Assembly (NCBI GenBank): GCA_038046765.1
Contig: JBBSVN010000010.1
Coordinates: 59,337 to 123,336, forward strand
Length of the DNA stretch: 64,000 nucleotides
Direction: 5' to 3'
From: Candidatus Micrarchaeota archaeon
GTDB taxonomy: Archaea > Micrarchaeota > Micrarchaeia > Anstonellales > Bilamarchaeaceae
Position 1 is the first letter of the stretch, and each line of letters starts with the position of its first letter. The notes below the pieces were generated by a model, which worked only from the letters and a program-made list of their open reading frames with translations, did no database searches and was not told where the DNA came from. This document shows positions 60,401 to 64,000 of the stretch, piece after piece. A program made the position numbers and the translations under genes.

Positions 60401-62459
60401 TCATGTCGATTATTCTTTGAACTGCGCCTTGTGCGATTACGTTTCGTCCGCTTTCATCTAAATTGTGTTTTTTCATTTCTTCTAGGATTGCGGTTCGTGT
60501 TGTCTTTTTACCGTTGAATTTATAGAGTATTTTCCCATCATTTCTTATTGCCCTTTTAATTTCGTATTTTTTTATCCCATCAAAGTATATTGTAACTTCT
60601 GCAGTTGTTGCTCCGGTGTGTATTAAGTCTTTAACGCGCTTTGCTCGAAGTGATTTTAAGCTGGTTTCACCTAGGGCGAAACGGATTGCGTCGGTTACGT
60701 TGCTGTTATGAACAAAAATTTCATTAGCTATAAAATTATGGTCTTCACTTATCGTTAAATCGTAAACCCAATCTTCTTTTGGCTCGATAGTTTCTATTGT
60801 GTCTATCTCGTCCCAGAAAATGTCTGAATTCAATAAGGTACTAATCTTTTCCATTGATGCACTTTGAATTTGTTGTTGAGTTGCTCTAGGGATTAAAATT
60901 TCATTCATTAACTTATTAAGTCCGTAACGAGAAGGTGTACACTGATTATAGCAATATGAATCTAGTCTCGGATATTCCTTTTTGCTGGTCTTTACATTAA
61001 TTCGCAATTCATCTACTGCCTTCTTAAAGAGTGAATTTGCTTCTATCAAATCTACGTTGGGATTTATGGTCTTACCAACTAGTCTACCCATTCTTTCTTT
61101 TTTCATTTCATGCGTTATTTTAATATTTTGATTAAATATCTGGAAACTTTCCTCACCGTTTAGAGATAACTTATAATAATCGCCTACAAAACCGGTCTTA
61201 GTTTCTCTTTTAGTTACCTTCTTAATTCTTCCAACAAGTCCAAATCTTAAAAAAATTTGATTTATTGATCTAATTATTTTTTCACTTTTTAGTGTTATTT
61301 CAATGCTATTTTTTGAAACATACCCATCTCCTGAGTAAAGTCCATTTAAAAGATTAGAAAATTGTTCATTTGTACTGTTTTTTATAATTAGATCTGAAAT
61401 ATATTTTTCTTCAGCTCCACCGTAAGACATGCCGAATTTTAGTAATATCGATCTTAGAGCCGTGGAATTAATTATTACATCATATGTGTTTTCTTTGTAC
61501 TTATAGACTTTAGCCTCTAGGTCAAATACATTTCTGGTAATCGTTACAAAATCATTTATCATTTCCTTAGACGAATTTGTAAATCGAATCTGATTATTTG
61601 TTCTGCTTATGCTCCCTTCAGCAAGTAAATAACCTAAAAATCTACAAAATTCATTAGAATTTTGCCAAGGCACTTTTAATGTCTGCCCCCCACCATTCCC
61701 CTTTACATTTTTTATTAGCTGAGCTATTTCAAAATTATTTAGTCCACAAAATCTTAATGTTCTAACAATATAAGGAAACAAAATTGCTTGTTTTAGGTTT
61801 ACAAAACATTCCAATGTTCTCTCTGGAATTCCGATTCTTTGATTTAATTCATTCCAAGTTAAATTTATTTTTTTGCTATTTATTATCCTCGATATTTCTT
61901 GATCATACTGAACATAAATGTTATCATCATTAGTTATGTCATCAATAAGTTGCAAAAAGTTATTTTCTCTATTGCTGATCGTTATGTTTCTAGGTATTGC
62001 AATCCTTACTTTTTCTTTTAATTCATCTGCTCTGATTGGAACTATTTCTTCTTCTTTTAATATAAAAAATGGATGATACTCTGTTGCAATAATTTCCTTT
62101 CCAGACCTAGTTCTTACCTTTAACATTTTCTTTGGTGATTCTCTCTTAACAAATGCTGCAATTTTTCTTTTTATTACCTTTAGCGTTTTTCTATCTAAAC
62201 ATAGTATTTCTCTGGAATTTTCATATTGCGCAATAAATCCATCATCTACTTTATCAACATAGCCATTATCTATTGCTTCGTTAACCAAATCTCTAATCTG
62301 TGCTGTTGAACCATCTGCAAGTAGGATATTAGTGTCTCCATCGACGCATTTTCCGCTTCCGTTAGGACCTGCTAAACATAAAAAACTTCGAGGAAGTGGG
62401 ACGTTTACTGCACTAAAAGATTTAAAGTTGCGTAGCTTAATCTGGGAGATGTATAACAT
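57417..62459 (-). CDS. smc: chromosome segregation protein SMC (intein-containing)
   Basis: NFKSF, GPNGSGK|SN, hinge domain, LSGGE, LDEVDAALD motifs. Confidence 0.97.
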   Translation of the reverse strand: MLYISQIKLRNFKSFSAVNVPLPRSFLCLAGPNGSGKCVDGDTNILLADGSTAQIRDLVNEAIDNGYVDKVDDGFIAQYENSREILCLDRKTLKVIKRKIAAFVKRESPKKMLKVRTRSGKEIIATEYHPFFILKEEEIVPIRADELKEKVRIAIPRNITISNRENNFLQLIDDITNDDNIYVQYDQEISRIINSKKINLTWNELNQRIGIPERTLECFVNLKQAILFPYIVRTLRFCGLNNFEIAQLIKNVKGNGGGQTLKVPWQNSNEFCRFLGYLLAEGSISRTNNQIRFTNSSKEMINDFVTITRNVFDLEAKVYKYKENTYDVIINSTALRSILLKFGMSYGGAEEKYISDLIIKNSTNEQFSNLLNGLYSGDGYVSKNSIEITLKSEKIIRSINQIFLRFGLVGRIKKVTKRETKTGFVGDYYKLSLNGEESFQIFNQNIKITHEMKKERMGRLVGKTINPNVDLIEANSLFKKAVDELRINVKTSKKEYPRLDSYCYNQCTPSRYGLNKLMNEILIPRATQQQIQSASMEKISTLLNSDIFWDEIDTIETIEPKEDWVYDLTISEDHNFIANEIFVHNSNVTDAIRFALGETSLKSLRAKRVKDLIHTGATTAEVTIYFDGIKKYEIKRAIRNDGKILYKFNGKKTTRTAILEEMKKHNLDESGRNVIAQGAVQRIIDMNAKERRGIIESVAGISDFDDKKNESMKELDTVDTRIREASLVLGEREAFLNELGKERDAAISYLENKKKLTNSRASLITHETKRMETELEDVLVKDQKLRDAITLKENDVKETDEKILDIEKNRSETSKELSLRQQTNALIKKLEELKSSTSSKTQMITDKETFLKRISEEALSLETQTKDDFLEIEKIDKQLLEIRENLKTAETEKKQFVDTKEAVLVEEMKKEIDKVEKELVTVKENIIRFIAEAKSNESIIETKTSQMQALGGKLDEVEKNDKLNHELDSLRGITKDITKELEDCFKEVKSANVEISEIDREMLELKEKASLLRIRASPASSNPALNYIKTLKDKNEVYGIYGNIAELITFEPKYAQAIEAAGGGRLLYTITQDIDVATEIIKRLKEQRLGRATFIPLREVKTRPAVENKAAPSLVKFIKYPEEIRKAIEFCFGDTLLVDNMAEAKRLGVGSARIVTLEGEIVEQSGVVSGGRNESSVLIASQLKKLDDQIKDIKESKEGIIRSIYEMRERESSLRSRKTETEIRIKTIELELNIDKEQSQKLEHEIKKKAEIATEIEKLKDEMKNNELLKQSDQKKVATLEKEIQAKKQKLTEIELNIKHTQGETQNKRLELASRISSLEATIEGKKKELEIRKEEHHAKSARVLQLEKEKKEINANITELKRTILNDSEELLKTEQQISKYSKEIEKLFAVLKEYEAELQKYGKIRAEKRIELDKFSKENNEISIKKATLETRLADLKSELTSYKEYILLELSKEELAKMIKEAEEILSSLGNVNLAAIDLFGKKKDEIKDAQERIGTLNQEREAIMTMISEIEEHKKDAFFETFHAVNDNLKRMFSSLNIGEGYLYLDKPNEPFDSGLQIKLKRRGIEHVLDSLSGGESTIVALVFIFALQFFKPSPFYILDEVDAALDKENSQTLARLIAQMSKDTQFLVVSHNDMVMSSAEAILGVTKVNGVSKLVGVKIEQAQDLVATEPPVENK
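60705..62348 (-). mobile_element. 548-aa intein with LAGLIDADG homing endonuclease, inserted in the SMC Walker A motif
   Basis: K|CVDGD start, ATEYHPF block B, LGYLLAEG and LNGLYSGDG, WVYDLTI...HNFIANEIFVHN|S end. Confidence 0.95.
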
Positions 62460-62532
62460 AATAGAATCAAACAAATATCGCTAATTAGACTTTTAAGTCT
62501 TTCTTCATTGTTTTTACTTTCTCGTTTTACAA

Positions 62533-62665
62533 TGTCGAACTGCCAGAGCAGTTTGACAGCTAGTAAATTTCACAATTGGAATTTACTGGATTAAAAAGAT
62601 TATGGTTTCGATTGTTGTGATTTATTTTTTATAAGTAGAATCATCGCGCAGTTCTATTCTATGAA
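62533..62665 (+). ncRNA. candidate multi-hairpin RNA/element between smc and hicB
   Basis: Adjacent 11-bp hairpins at 62533-62558 and 62560-62589 plus two weaker ones; G-U pairs favour the + strand. Confidence 0.35.
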
Positions 62666-62677
62666 CTAAAACTAATC

Positions 62678-62905
62678 TCATCTTATTATATCTTTGAAAC
62701 TAAAAGTCTTGCCTGTTTTGTAATCTTTAAGAGCCATTTCTACCTCTTCCTTGTTGACATGTCTAAGGTATAATCCTATTGCATCTTTTAAGTTTTTTAA
62801 TGCTTCTTCAACATTTTCTCCTTGACTTGTAATTTGAAGTTCTACACAGTGAGCAACGTACCATTTATTTTCTTTTTCAACTATAGTGGAAAGTTTGTAG
62901 TCCAT
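62678..62905 (-). CDS. HicB-like (UPF0150) antitoxin
   Basis: WYVA.C.EL.I.SQGE..EEAL.NL..AI.LY motif. Confidence 0.85.
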   Translation of the reverse strand: MDYKLSTIVEKENKWYVAHCVELQITSQGENVEEALKNLKDAIGLYLRHVNKEEVEMALKDYKTGKTFSFKDIIR

Positions 62906-63218
62906 TTTTACACCTGTTTAATACGTGAACTTCTTAGATTAAAAAAATCATGTTTTGTTATGCGTAGAATATTAAAATTAGAAAAAGAATTGAAACTGGG
63001 TTGTTTGCATTTCTTGGGGTGCAAGGCCTTTTGGCCCATTAGTATAAATCGATTCAACCGGAACTTTAGTATTATAAGAAGCAGCTTTTGCTTTGAATAT
63101 TGGGTTTGTTTGAAAATATACTCCAAAACCAGTACAATCATTTAAAAACAAATTGGTAGTAGTTACCTATAGAATAATATAAAATAATTTATTTCTAAAG
63201 TTTTAGGTGCAAAACCCA

Positions 63219-63236
63219 CCGGAAGCTTTATAAATA
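63219..63236 (+). promoter_or_regulatory. putative rRNA promoter (BRE + TATA)
   Basis: CCGGAAG-C-TTTATAAATA about 230 nt upstream of the 16S 5' end. Confidence 0.6.
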
Positions 63237-63462
63237 CTTTATTAGTATATTATTTCCTTACTAGTTTTTTGCTAGGAATTTTTTAAGTTAGAATGATTAA
63301 TCTCTTATAAAATAGAGTTCATTTTAGCTTAGTTATGGAAATTTGCGTTTTAGCAAGTTTGACTTATGCTTCAAGTACTGTTAATGGAAATTAAATGTGT
63401 GCGATTAGGTACTTCAATAAATTCGTGAGTTCGTATTAATTATACGAGCTTTGCAGAGATCA

Positions 63463-64000
63463 ACTCCAGTTGATCCTGCTGGAGGGTACTGCTATCAGAT
63501 TTCGATTAAGCCATGCAAGTCTACTTGTTCACTTGGACAAGTGGCGTACGGCTGAGTAACACGTAGTCAACCTAACCTAAAGAAGGGGATAACCTCGGGA
63601 AACTGAGGCTAATACCATATAAAAGATAGATGCTGGAAAACTTTATCTTTGAAAAGGCGTATGAATTGGAATACGTCCGCTTTAGGATGGGACTGCGGTG
63701 GATTAGGTAGTTGGTAGGGTAACGGCCTACCAAGCCGATAATCCATAGGGGCCATGGGAGTGGTGGCCCCCAGAAGGACACTGAGACAAGGGTCCTAGCC
63801 CTACGGGGTGCAGCAGGCGCGAAACTTCTCCAATGCGCGATCATAAAAAGTATTGTAAAATGCTTTTTATTGTGCAAAAGCGTGAGAGGGGAAATCTGAG
63901 TGGCGTTAGCTTAGCTAACGTCTTTTGCGGAGTGTAAATAGCTCCGAGAATAAGGGTGTGGGCAAGACTGGTGGCAGCCGCCGCGGTAAAACCAGCGCCT
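63463..64000 (+). rRNA. rrs: 16S rRNA, 5' part (runs off the window)
   Basis: GTTGATCCTG, AAGCCATGCAAGTC, CCCTACGGGGTGCAGCAG, CAGCCGCCGCGGTAA; archaeal type. Confidence 0.98.
63841..63877 (+). other. 37-nt bulge-helix-bulge intron in 16S rRNA helix 15 loop
   Basis: AT-rich hairpin insert; BHB-predicted cuts restore CAATGCGCGAAAGCGTGA. Confidence 0.85.

Noticed and set aside
62908..63145. ORFs upstream of hicB as a possible hicA
   Set aside because: No HicA motif (GSH..., VP.H) in the frames examined; probably spurious or decayed.
63572..63877. 101-aa minus-strand ORF
   Set aside because: Antisense to 16S rRNA.

Overview
AT-rich archaeal chromosomal segment, most likely from a DPANN archaeon. 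A Micrarchaeota-like origin is inferred from the divergent 16S rRNA 5' end, leaderless TATA-proximal starts and gene content. Housekeeping genes include Elp3, HerA-like ATPase, a tRNA-splicing endonuclease subunit, NMD3, UbiA/DGGGP synthase, SlyD, NMN adenylyltransferase, intein-containing SMC and the 5' part of 16S rRNA. These are interspersed with toxin-antitoxin modules, orphan secreted or effector-like genes and an ~11 kb defence island lying between aguB and aguA. The island holds an intact type I R-M system with an embedded HEPN gene, a deletion scar of a second type I system, and a DUF3800 gene followed by a structured RNA. The most striking non-coding signals are: (1) 77-bp direct repeats, each made of two 32-bp palindromes, that bracket a COG1373 AAA+ ATPase gene; (2) a 37-nt bulge-helix-bulge intron in 16S rRNA; (3) a ~135-bp upstream block duplicated 28 kb apart; (4) an in-frame 51-bp hairpin insertion in nadM; (5) two candidate structured ncRNAs. 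All calls come from reading motifs by eye; no database searches were run.
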